DNA from: Patescibacteria group bacterium
GTDB lineage: Bacteria; Patescibacteriota; Minisyncoccia; UBA6257; JAKLIH01
Direction: 5' to 3'
Assembly: GCA_022709715.1 (NCBI GenBank)
Contig: JAKLIH010000001.1
Location: 64,225-128,224 of the forward strand
DNA: 64,000 nucleotides
Position numbers and translations under genes: made by a program. Numbering within the stretch: the stretch's first letter is position 1; every line of letters starts with the position of its first letter. Shown here piece by piece: positions 30,873-40,973 of the stretch. The notes under the pieces are model-generated. The model was not told the DNA's origin, did no database searches, and was given only the letters and a program-made list of their open reading frames with translations.

Positions 30873-31043
30873 AATCAGAACGGTACCTGGTACCGTTCTG
30901 ATTAAAGCAAAGGTTAAGTCACATTTTTAAAACCATAACAGGTTCGGAATCAAGTTCCGAACCTGTTATGGTTTGATCACAACGCTGCCTGGCAGTGTTA
31001 TATTATAAATTGTTATTTTTTAATAATTTAATATTTCGTCTAT
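30873..31043. repeat. three perfect hairpins enclosed by a 13-bp long-range stem
   Basis: TAGACGAAATATT (30870-30883 approx) pairs with AATATTTCGTCTA (31030-31043 approx). Inner stems AATCAGAACGGTACC, AACCATAACAGGTTCGGAA (about 19 bp) and AACGCTGCC/GGCAGTGTT. Confidence 0.6.
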
Positions 31044-31421
31044 TCACCCGAGTCTTAATCATAAAACTATTTCGTCATAACATGCTACATCTTTAGAAGG
31101 CATATTAGCAAGTATTAATTTTATATTTTTTCCATAAACTAATTTTTGAGCTAACCCAAAGCATAACTCTGCAAAAGTTTCTGCGCCTATATAACCATTG
31201 ATTTTACCTCTTTTATTGTTGGCAATAAATAAAACATCTGTTTTAAGTATATTTTTAAAAAAGTTTTTATGAACATCTGGATATAATTCGTCAAAATTTT
31301 CTTTAGGAATAATTAAAGGGTAATCTAAAACCAAATAACCATATTTGTTATTTCAATATCGTATTCATTCTTGTATTTCATTTTGAAGTTCTGCACTTCC
31401 AGCTATTACTACTTTTATCAT
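31020..31421 (-). CDS. nucleoside 2-deoxyribosyltransferase-like protein (putative)
   Basis: MIKVVIAGS... pattern; ORF 31059-31334 extended at both ends through TGA codons. Confidence 0.4.
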
Positions 31422-31454
31422 ATTTGAAACCAAACATTTGATTATTTTTATGAG

Positions 31455-31542
31455 CGGAGGGTGTGAGATTCGAACTCACGGGCCGCTTTTAAGACAGCCA
31501 CGGTTTAGCAAACCGTTCCTTTAACCACTCAGGCAACCCTCC
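31455..31542 (-). tRNA. tRNA-Ser (anticodon GCT)
   Basis: 88 nt, long variable arm, anticodon loop TTGCTAA. Confidence 0.9.
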
Positions 31543-31629
31543 TTTTATATGAAAATCTTATCATAAAAAGTTGCAAAAAACAAGGTAATATATTAAACTG
31601 TAGGTGTAATATTAAACAATAGAAACAAT

Positions 31630-32931
31630 ATGAAAACAGATTTCGTAAAAATGCTAAAAAACAAAAAAGTTTTAATTTGAAGTTTAGGGCTACATGGCGG
31701 TGGTATTGGCGCTACCAAGTTTTTTGCCAAGAACCAAGCTAAAGTTTTGGTAACCGATCTAAAAGACGCAAAAGCTTTAAAACCATCAATCCAAAAATTA
31801 AAAAATTATAAAAATATTGTTTATCGTTTGGGGTTACATGATAAAAATGATTTTAAAAACAATGATTTGATTGTAATTAATCCAGCTGTGAAACCAACTA
31901 GCGAATTTTATAAATTAGCAATCAAAAACAAACAGAAATTAATCACCGATATGGGTTTTCTGTTTGAAAATACTAAAGCTTTAATTGTTGGCATCACTGG
32001 CACCAAAGGAAAATCCACAACTACAAAATTAATCTACGATTTAATAACGTATGAAATCAAAAAGAAAAAACACCCATTGTTTAAAAAATATAATAAGGTA
32101 TATTTAGGTGGAAATATTCGAGTATCCCCATTTGATTTTATGGATAAATTAGACGAAAAGAGCGTAGTGGTGCTAGAAATGTCAAGTTTTCAACTATATC
32201 ATACTAAATATGCTAAAAAGAGTCCGAATATATCAATTGTTACAAATATCATGCCCGAGCATTTAGATTGACATAAAGATTTTGAAGATTATCAAAGATC
32301 AAAATGTTTAATTTTTAAATACCAGAAAAAGGATGATATTTTAATTATTAACAAAAATTTGAAAAAATTAGTTGGTAAAAACAATAAAAAGGTTTACTAC
32401 ACCAATGGTAATAACGAAGACAACATTTATCAATTTGCCAAAGCTTTAAATATTGATAAAGAAGACGTTATAAAAATTATTAAAGATTTTAAAGGCCTGG
32501 AAGGTCGTCAAGAAATTGTGGCAAAAGTAAACAATCGAATTTTTATCAATGATACTTGTGCAACTCATCCAGTGGCCAATTTATATATGTTAAAATCATT
32601 TGAAAATCCTATTGTTATATGAGGTGGAGTGGACAAGGGGTTTGATATTAAAAAGCTTGCTAAAGAATTTATGAACAGAAATATTAGATTGTTTATTTTT
32701 AAGGGCAGTGCGGGTGAAAAAATGCTCAAAATTCTTAAAAAAGATTATGCTAAGAAATATGTAACTAGTAATATCCAAACCATGAATGATGCCGTTGAAA
32801 TGGCTTATAAAATAAGCAAGAGTGGCGATATTATTGTTTTATCACCGGGAGCATCAAGCTTTAATATGTTTTTGAATGAATTTGACCGAGGCAAAAAGTT
32901 TATTAAAGCGATTAAAAGTTTGACAAAATAA
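31630..32931 (+). CDS. murD: UDP-N-acetylmuramoylalanine--D-glutamate ligase
   Basis: four pieces in one frame via TGA; GLHGGG, GITGTKGKSTT P-loop, MPEHLD motif. Confidence 0.9.
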
Positions 32932-32992
32932 TAGGTTGTAAAAACCATTAAATTATGATAGGATAGCACTATAAAGCCTATAAATTATATTT

Positions 32993-33664
32993 ATGGAAAT
33001 AAAAATAAAGAAAGTTAATAGCCAAAACCAACTTGAGGACACCAAAAAACCGCCACGTAAGAAAAGAACCTCTTCAAAAGTAAAGAAAATTGTGCCAGTT
33101 ATAAAACCAGTAGAAAAAAATATTGAAAATTACGTGACTGAAACTTTAGCTGACATAGATGACACCGTAACAGTTGATGAAAGGGAAGAAATTCAAAGAG
33201 AGCCAATTTTACCGACTATTAACATCAATCATTTAGAGTGGATTTATAATATGCGAGATAAAAGCTCTTGATTTTATTTAGTTTTATTTGGATTATCAGC
33301 TGGCTTTATTTATTTTAGTTATAAATATAATAATTGGATGTTGGCTTTAATTGTCATTTTGGGATTTGTAATGGTGGCTCAAAAAAATACTAAAATAGAA
33401 AATTTTAGAATCGATGAAGCCGGTATAAATATACAAAACCAGAAAATGGAATGAACGGATATATCAAGCTGTGGAATTGAAACTTTAAACGAGTCAACTT
33501 TGTTATTGACGGTAATGCCTAATACGTTTTTACATTCAAAAATTTATTTGCCATTTGAAAAAAGTAAAGAGCGAGAAGTTTTGTATTTGATTAATAAATA
33601 TTCAAAATTTGTTAATAACAAGAGCTCGGCTTTTGATCAAATTGTGAAATGAATAATATTTTAA
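32993..33664 (+). CDS. hypothetical membrane protein (223 aa)
   Basis: Lys-rich N-terminus and two TM segments; extended through TGA to the TAA at 33662. Confidence 0.55.
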
Positions 33665-33713
33665 AACATCTTTAAAAAGAAAAATACATTTTCTTTTTAA
33701 ATTGTTAATATTT

Positions 33714-33787
33714 GTCCCCGTAGTTCAATTGGATAGAGCGCAAGTTTGCGGAACTTGAGACTACAGGTTCGAGTCCTGTCGGGGACA
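33714..33787 (+). tRNA. tRNA-Arg (anticodon GCG)
   Basis: cloverleaf GTCCCCG...CGGGGAC-A; anticodon loop TTGCGGA. Confidence 0.85.
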
Positions 33788-33790
33788 CTA

Positions 33791-34160
33791 ACAATTAAAT
33801 CAAATCTCAAAAGTCAAAAGTCAAATCTGAAAATCAAAAATTTAAAAATATAAATATATTTAATCATAAAACAATGATAGTCGCTCATAACCTTTACTGG
33901 GTGTGGGGGCTAGCCCCGCTTCGCCTGCCTACCGGCAGGCAGGCTCCACGACTAACCAAAGGTTAGTGTGGGGGCTGGCCCACAATTAAATCAAAAATTA
34001 AAGATAAAAAAGAGATGTAAATGGTAAATGGTAATTAGTAATATAAAGAGTAATACAATTGTAAGACGATTGTAAAGAGTAAGAAGTAAATAGTAAGCAG
34101 TAAATCAATCAATAGACGGTTATTAATTACTATTTTCTACTTACTAATTACGCATTTATT
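33791..34160. repeat. tRNA-trailer repeat block (A-tract module, CCACAC hairpins, GTAA-phased module)
   Basis: 50-nt unit 33791-33840 recurs at 34468-34517 and 34608-34657; GCCTGCC hairpin at about 33925-33946. Confidence 0.8.
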
Positions 34161-34173
34161 GCCGAGGTGGTGA
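34161..34173 (+). pseudogene. 13-nt fragment identical to the 5' end of tRNA-Leu
   Basis: GCCGAGGTGGTGA matches 34383-34395. Confidence 0.5.
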
Positions 34174-34304
34174 CCCGACAACCTATTAACTTTAATTTTG
34201 GGTCAATTTGCTTTAGTTGTTAGATAACACTCTCGTGCAATAATATGTTCTTTAAATATTGCTAATATTGGCAAAATTATTCAAAAATTGATAAATCAAT
34301 TTTT

Positions 34305-34382
34305 ACAAAGTTTCTAGGTGTCTGGGTAGTCATTTGGAACATTAATTTGTTTTAGATAGCTCAGCCCTATAATATTCTTTAT
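34305..34382 (+). promoter_or_regulatory. 78-nt conserved tRNA-Leu upstream block, copy 1 (includes TATAAT at 34368-34373)
   Basis: 3 mismatches versus 62955-63032. Confidence 0.7.
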
Positions 34383-34467
34383 GCCGAGGTGGTGAAATTG
34401 GTAGACACGCAAGTTTTAGGAGCTTGTGCTTTACAGCATGCGAGTTCGAGTCTCGCCCTCGGCACCA
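34383..34467 (+). tRNA. tRNA-Leu (anticodon TAG), CCA encoded
   Basis: long variable arm; anticodon loop TTTAGGA; 3' GGCACCA. Confidence 0.9.
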
Positions 34468-34934
34468 ACAATTAAATCAAATCTCAAAAGTCAAAAGTCA
34501 AATCTGAAAATCAAAAATGTAAAAATTGAAAAACAAAATTAAAAAATAGAAATATATTTAAATACTAACCACTCAAAAACTTTTCTGAGTGTGGGGGCTA
34601 GCCCCCAACAAATAAATCAAATCTCAAAAGTCAAAAGTCAAATCTGAAAATCAAAACTTTTTAAATGAAATACCGATAAAAAACTCAAAACTCAAATCTC
34701 AAAAGTCAAATCCATAAATCAAAGATCAAATATCAAAACCCCCCCTTCTTTAAAACTCAAGCGTTTTTCAAACGCAGAGATTTAAAAGAGTTTGTAAAGA
34801 AGGAGATAAAGCCCCCTCTTTTAAAATCGCAATATTTTTGCAAAACAAAAATATTTAATACAAAAGCGATTTCTAAAGAAGGTGGTAAAAGAAAAATAAA
34901 AAGTGATTAGTAGATAACTACTAATCACTTTTTT
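34468..34934. repeat. A-tract modules, CCCTCTTTTAAAA palindrome modules and a bidirectional terminator (34898-34934)
   Basis: modules homologous to 22140-22320. Confidence 0.8.
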
Positions 34935-35004
34935 GTGCTTGCAAAACATATTAATTTGTGGTATAATTGAAATACAAAATTTGTTCTTTGAAAGGGGTGC
35001 ATTG

Positions 35005-35772
35005 ATGCACAAAAAGATTCTAAGTTTTTTAGTTTTGATATCATTGCTATTGGTGATTGGTTGCCAAAAAGCGGAAACTAGTAATTACCAGACAAACAAT
35101 GGTGATTATCGGAAGATAGTTACTATTGATTCTGGCGCAATAAGCTCAACGGACCTGATTTTGTCAACGAGAGTCAGTCTTAACTCGTTAGATGATAGAA
35201 ATATCATCACTGGTATTGATCAAATTTCAATTCCCGAAAATGTGCGAGTCGATATCATCAACGGGGAATATGCACTTCTTCGTACCCATTATAACAATCT
35301 GGGGCTCAAAGGGAAGTTGAAGTTGATTATAAATGACCGATGGATTTCTGAACAACCCTTTTGTTTCTCAGAAAAGAACACTATAGAAACAATCAATCTG
35401 TTAAAAAGCCTCGGAATGGAAACCCCTCAACCATTTTTACCAGATTCATACACAATAGATTTTCAAGAAACTGTGAAGGATATTCACGCTGTAATTATGT
35501 TCGAAAAGAATAAGGTTATAGCACGTTTAAGAAAAACTTATGAATATTTTGACCCCGCAAGCACGCGACATCTCTCGTCAGGATCATTGGATCTGCCCGA
35601 TATCCCTGAGCGGATTATAATCCCGAAAGAATATTTGGACCTCAACATTGATTATGTATTGGAAGACGGGAAAATGCGGTTGGATTTTGAATCGTCAACT
35701 GCAATACTCGATAATATCCTGGTGACGTTTCCAAATGGCGAATTTATTTTCGCCAAGATTGATTATTGGTAA
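35005..35772 (+). CDS. lipoprotein (255 aa), function unknown
   Basis: lipobox LLVIGC; TTGCAA-17-TGgTATAAT promoter at 34939-34967; SD GAAAGGGG; terminator 35808-35842; no TGA; TAA stop. Confidence 0.75.
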   Translation: MHKKILSFLVLISLLLVIGCQKAETSNYQTNNGDYRKIVTIDSGAISSTDLILSTRVSLNSLDDRNIITGIDQISIPENVRVDIINGEYALLRTHYNNLGLKGKLKLIINDRWISEQPFCFSEKNTIETINLLKSLGMETPQPFLPDSYTIDFQETVKDIHAVIMFEKNKVIARLRKTYEYFDPASTRHLSSGSLDLPDIPERIIIPKEYLDLNIDYVLEDGKMRLDFESSTAILDNILVTFPNGEFIFAKIDYW

Positions 35773-35908
35773 ATCGCGATCACAAATAAAAAAATGTTTT
35801 TGTCAGCGAAAATCACTTGTTTAAGAAGCAAGTGGTTTTTTTATGGTTGATAAAATAATAAAAATAAGGTATAATTGTTATTGATTTCACTAAATAAAAT
35901 ATATAGAA

Positions 35909-36604
35909 ATGAATTTAAAACATATTTTACTAATACCGGATGGTAATAGACGTTGAGCCAAAAATAAAAAGATGCAAGCGTCCAATGGACATAAAATAGG
36001 GGCTAATACTACTAGGGAACTTTTTAAATATATAGTCACAAGTCACCCACATATTAAATATTGTTCTTTTTGAGCAATGTCAAAAGATAATTTTATTAAA
36101 AGACCTAAAAAAGAAATTAATTTTTTAATTAAGCTCATTGATGCTGAAATACAAGAATTTGCTAACGATCCTTTAATCGATAAGAAAAAAGTGTGTGTGA
36201 AATTTTATGGGGCTTATGAAAAGCTTTTTGATAAAAAAACTATAAGTGATTTAAAAAAAGTTGAAAAAAGAACTGAAAAATATTCTGATTTTTATGTTTC
36301 AATATTATTGGCTTACAATGGTAAAGATGAATTAATGGAAGGATTAAAAAAGATAAAAAACATAAAAACAGTAAATGAAAACAAGATAAAACAGGTTTTG
36401 TGGACTAAAGATTTACCAGCCGTTGACTTGATTGTTAGAACTGGAGTCGAAGGTGACCCTCATTTAAGTGGTAATGTTTTAATGTGACAAACTGATTATT
36501 CTCAACTATACTTTACCAAAACATTATACCCAGATTTTACTACTAATGAATTGGGATTGGCTATTGAAGATTATCAAAAAAGGGAAAAACGAAAGGGTAA
36601 ATAA
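35909..36604 (+). CDS. uppS: undecaprenyl diphosphate synthase
   Basis: DGNRR-W-A with the Trp as TGA at 35954-35956; C-terminal ...EDYQKREKRKGK. Confidence 0.9.
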
Positions 36605-36623
36605 ATTAAATCAAAACTGGAAC

Positions 36624-37250
36624 ATGATTAATAAAAACATTCCCAATATAAAAAATAACAAAGACCCATCTCTAGAAAAAATGGAAAGGAAAGCTAATAT
36701 TATTTTAAATTCACTGGGATTTAAAAGTTTTGATGAGTTAAAAAATAAAAAAATATTGGATATAGGGTCTGGCGATGCCGATTTAGCTTTGATAGCAAAA
36801 AATAATGGAATAGATATTGTTTGCTCGGATATTGATAATGAAAAATTTCAAAAGGGTGTGGAATTGGGATTAGATTATAAATGGTTTAGTGGCTATAATA
36901 TACACGCGGAAAGCGAAAGTTTTGATTTAGTTCTATCGAGCGGTTCAGTGCCAATGATATCATGGAAAAGAAGTGAAGTAATCGATTTGTTAAAGGAAGT
37001 GAAGCGAGTTCTAAAGGTAGGCGGTGAATTTCGTTTTGGACCTGGATGTTTAATTGCATCAGTTACTGATTCTAATTTAAACCCTGCGGAACGAAATGCT
37101 ATTTGGCAACCCAATAAAGACGCTAAAGCTAAAAGAAGAAAACTCTCTTTAGAAATATTACATAGTTATGATCCAAATATTGTTGAAACATTAATTAGCT
37201 TGCGTACAAAATATCCAAGTGTGTATTACACAATGAAAAAAGATAAATAA
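36624..37250 (+). CDS. class I SAM-dependent methyltransferase
   Basis: ILDIGSGDADLA motif I; ATG at 36624 chosen after the uppS stop (track ORF starts at 36546 inside uppS). Confidence 0.7.
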   Translation: MINKNIPNIKNNKDPSLEKMERKANIILNSLGFKSFDELKNKKILDIGSGDADLALIAKNNGIDIVCSDIDNEKFQKGVELGLDYKWFSGYNIHAESESFDLVLSSGSVPMISWKRSEVIDLLKEVKRVLKVGGEFRFGPGCLIASVTDSNLNPAERNAIWQPNKDAKAKRRKLSLEILHSYDPNIVETLISLRTKYPSVYYTMKKDK

Positions 37251-37259
37251 AAAAATTAT

Positions 37260-38030
37260 ATGAACATATTACAATCTTTAATTTTAGGTGCGGTTCAAGG
37301 TTTAACCGAGTTTTTACCAGTTTCTAGTTCTGGACATTTAGTTTTATTGGAGAAATTTTTTAGTATTCAAGATAACTTAGTATTATTAAACTTAATTTTA
37401 CATTTGGGCACGGCTTTTGCAGCCATTATTTTTTTCTGAAAAGATTTGCTAAACATTATATTGAAACGCGATTGGAATATGGTTAAAAATTTATTCATTG
37501 CATTATTAACAACCACTTTATTGGGTTTTTTGATAAAAAATATTGTGGAAAATATCTTTATATATAGTAGTAGCATCAAACCGGTGCTTATTGGCATGAT
37601 ATTTACTTCTATAATATTGTTTATTTCTACAAAATTTAATAAATCTAGACGTGATTTAAGTACGTTAACTATTATTGAGAGCGTAAAGATTGGATTGGTC
37701 CAAGCCATAGCCATTGTGCCTGGCATATCTAGATCTGGACTTACTTATTTTACAACCTTACAATCGGGTATTAAAAAAGAAGAAGCTTTTAAATTTTCTT
37801 TTTTATTAGCAATTCCAACCATAATAGGAGCAGCTTTTGTAGAAACTGTTAGCAATTATGGAGAATTGATGGTTAATATTCAATGGTTGCCGCTAATCAT
37901 TGGCTTGATTATTTCGTTTATTTTTGGTATCTTAGGATTATGAATATTTAAACGAGTCATAAAGACATCAAAAATATGAATGTTTAGTGTTTATTTGCTA
38001 ATTCTAGTGACTTGATTGTGGTGTTTATAA
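37260..38030 (+). CDS. uppP: undecaprenyl-diphosphatase
   Basis: GLTEFLPVSSSGH and PGISRSG motifs; several TGA. Confidence 0.9.
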
Positions 38031-38035
38031 GCATC

Positions 38036-38106
38036 GCGAGAGTAGCACAGTGGTAGTGTGTCTGCCTTCCAAGCAGAATACGCGGGTCCGATTCCCGTCT
38101 CTCGCT
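38036..38106 (+). tRNA. tRNA-Gly (anticodon TCC)
   Basis: GCGAGAG...CTCTCGC-T; anticodon loop CTTCCAA. Confidence 0.9.
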
Positions 38107-38400
38107 CAGGCAAAAAGAGTAATACAATGGTAATGCAATAGTAAAACGGTAGTAAAACGATAGTAAAGAGTAAGAAGTAAGTAGCAATTGGTAATAAAAA
38201 GAGCAAAGAGTAATACAATGATAAAGAGTAAGAAGTAAATGGTAATTGGTAATACAAAGAGTAATACAATACCAATAAAAAATTAAAGATTAAAAATAAA
38301 AAATAATAATACCCACCACGACTAACCAAAGGTTAGTGTGGGGGGCTAGCAATTGTAAGACGATGGTAATAAAATACCAATCAAATTAATTTAAAACATT
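38107..38400. repeat. GTAA-phased low-complexity module plus CCACC...GTGTGGGG hairpin
   Basis: runs of 11-nt words beginning GTAA; hairpin at about 38306-38340; produces spurious ORFs 37984-38329. Confidence 0.8.
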
Positions 38401-38420
38401 TAAATATAGCCTTTAAAAAT

Positions 38421-39353
38421 ATGGAAAATAATTCTGATTATGCCATTGATGTTAAAGATCTAACTAGAAAATTTCCCCACCTTATAGCTGTAAATAAGGT
38501 GTCTTTTAATGTTAAAAAAGGAGAAATTTTTGGTTTTTTAGGACCAAATGGGGCTGGTAAAACTACCACTGTAAATATGCTGTGTACATTATTAAATCCA
38601 AATAGTGGCGACGCCTTAGTGGATGGTTATAGTATAAAAACTCAACCATTGCAGGTCAGAAAAGCCATTGGTATTGTTTTTCAAGAATCGACACTTGATA
38701 ATCACTTAACGGTGAGGGAAAATCTTTTTTTACATGCTAAATTATATGGATTGACTAATTCTGAATTTAAAAAACAATTTTATCAAGTAATCAAATTAGT
38801 TGATTTAGAAGATAAACTCGATAAATCTGTTGGTCAATTATCCGGCGGTACAAAAAGACGAATAGAAGTTGCTAGGGTTTTGATTCATAAACCAAAAATT
38901 TTATTTTTGGATGAACCAACGGTTGGGCTAGATGCTCAAACTAGAAATAAGATTTGAGATTATTTATTAAAAGTGAGAAAAGAAAATAATATGACAATTT
39001 TTTTGACCACTCAATATATTAATGAGGCAGAAATTTGTGATAGAATTGGTGTGATTGACAATGGTGAAATCATTGCTCTTGATACCCCCGATAATCTGAA
39101 AAATTTAGCTAATGAAGATACAATTGAAATTCAAACTAATAATAATCAAAAAAGTATTGAGGAAGTAAAAACGGCTTTTCCGAATATATTTGTAAAACAA
39201 TTCGGAAAAAATATTATTATAAAAACGGAGAAGGGTGAAACATTTTTACCAAAAGTATTAGAAGCCATAACGGAAGAAATTAATTCAATTAATTTAACAA
39301 AACCATCACTGGAAGATATATTTTTAAAACTAACTGGACGACAAATTAGATAA
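38421..39353 (+). CDS. ABC transporter ATP-binding protein (ABC-2 / DrrA-like)
   Basis: Walker A GPNGAGKTT, signature LSGGTKRR, Walker B LFLDEP; one TGA. Confidence 0.9.
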
Positions 39354-39374
39354 ATTAATAACTATATATAAAAT

Positions 39375-40223
39375 ATGAAATCATACGATACTAAAAAAGA
39401 ATTAACTGGCATTTACATTATTTGATATCGCGAGATGTTGTTGTATTTTAGAAATACCATTAAATTGTTTACATCTTTTTTTGCCCCAATTGCCTTAACT
39501 TTATTTTTGGGCAGTGGACTAGCATCTTTTTTCCCAACTGCTAATCAAGTTGAAAACTTTTCCAATTTTTTCTACAGCGGAGTATTGGTCTTGAGCATTG
39601 TTATTAATGTTTTTGATGCAACCATTTCGTTGGTTTGAGATAAAGAATTTGGTTTTATGCGCGAAATTTTGGTAGCACCGTTATCAAAAACAAAAATTGT
39701 TTTAGGAAAAACATTGGGAGCAGTTACTAGAGGATTAATGCAGGGAATAGCTTTATTAATCGTTTCGCCAATATTGGGAGTCAACATATATCCTTATCAA
39801 ATTTTATTATTACTTTTATTAATAATTTTGATATCTATAACTATCGCTAGTTTGGGTATAATTGTTGCAACTTTTATAAAAAGAATTGAAACTTTTACAG
39901 TTCTTTCTCAAATTGTAGTATCACCTTTATTATTTTTATCCGGAGCATTTTTTACTTTAGAAAAAACACCTCATTTTATACAAGCTATCAGTTATTTCAA
40001 TCCTATTTTTTATGCTGTTAACGGAACTAGAATTTTAGTATTTAATACTGATTTTCTACCAGAAAAAATGTCCACGATGTTAGTTTATAATTTAAATTTT
40101 GGCTTTATAGTTTTAAGTGCTTTTGCTTTAGTTACCTTAGTGGCGTCCATTATGGCTTTTAGTCGCATTAGCATTACAGAGGTAATTAAAAAAATTATTG
40201 CCGAGACAGAAGATATGATATAG
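39375..40223 (+). CDS. ABC-2 type transporter permease
   Basis: six-TM-like pattern; pieces in frame via TGA; follows the ATPase. Confidence 0.8.
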
Positions 40224-40224
40224 G

Positions 40225-40500
40225 AAAATAAGTCAAATCTCAAAAGTCAAAAATCAAAAATATAAATCAAAAATTAAAAATTAAAGATAAAAAACAATAG
40301 TAAAGCAGTGGTAAAGCAATGGTAAAACGATTGTAATACAATAGTAAGACCCCCACACTAACCTTTGGTTAGTGTGGGGGCTAGCAATATTCTAATACTC
40401 TAATAACCCTGCCTACCGGCAGGCAATATGAAACAATGGTTGGTATCTCTTGCTTTATGATTAAAAATATGATAGAATACTAATCGATTTAAATAAAATA
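40225..40500. repeat. composite intergenic module (A-tract, GTAA-phased, CCCACAC hairpin, CCTGCC hairpin)
   Basis: same module order as at 33791-34160 and 38107-38345. Confidence 0.8.
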
Positions 40501-40511
40501 AGAAAAATATT

Positions 40512-40973
40512 ATGTTAACAATTAGATTAAAAAGCGAAGGTAAAAAACACCAAAAAACAATGAGAATCGTAGTGGTTGATTCTAGAAAATCTTCTATTAG
40601 CAATCGTTATATTGAAAAAATTGGTTGATGAATTCCAGCCGATCATAAATATGCGGTAAATAAAGAAAGAGCTTTGTATTGAATCTCTAAAGGCGCCAAG
40701 CCCAGTACAACTGTTCATAATTTATTAATTGAAGAAAAAATTATTGAAGGTAATAAAATTCCAAAACATAATCATTCCGAAAAAGCTATTGAGGCTAAAA
40801 ATAAAAAAGATAATCCCGAAGTAGTAAAGACTGAGAATAAAGAAGAGAAAAAAGAAATTAAAGAAGAAACTAAGCCAGAAGTTGCTGAAGAAATAAAAAC
40901 TGAAGAAATTAGCGAAGCTACAGTAACTGAAACTCAAACTGAAGAAGCCGAAAATTCTCAAACAACTAACTAA
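40512..40973 (+). CDS. rpsP: 30S ribosomal protein S16 with Glu/Lys-rich C-terminal extension
   Basis: tandem TGA-TGA at 40626-40631 (GWWIP versus E. coli GFFNP); TGA at 40680-40682 aligns with the conserved Trp (HW in E. coli). Confidence 0.9.

Noticed and set aside
36546-36604. Frameshift or fusion between uppS and the downstream methyltransferase
   Set aside because: On recounting, uppS ends normally at 36602-36604 with its conserved C-terminus. The methyltransferase track ORF simply starts early in another frame, and the ATG at 36624 is the likelier start.
37984-38329. ORFs 37984-38187, 37991-38329, 56738-56982, 40725-40961 and 40400-40718
   Set aside because: They lie on GTAA/TCAAAA low-complexity repeats or antisense to rpsP. 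They have repetitive Leu/Phe/Tyr composition and no SD.
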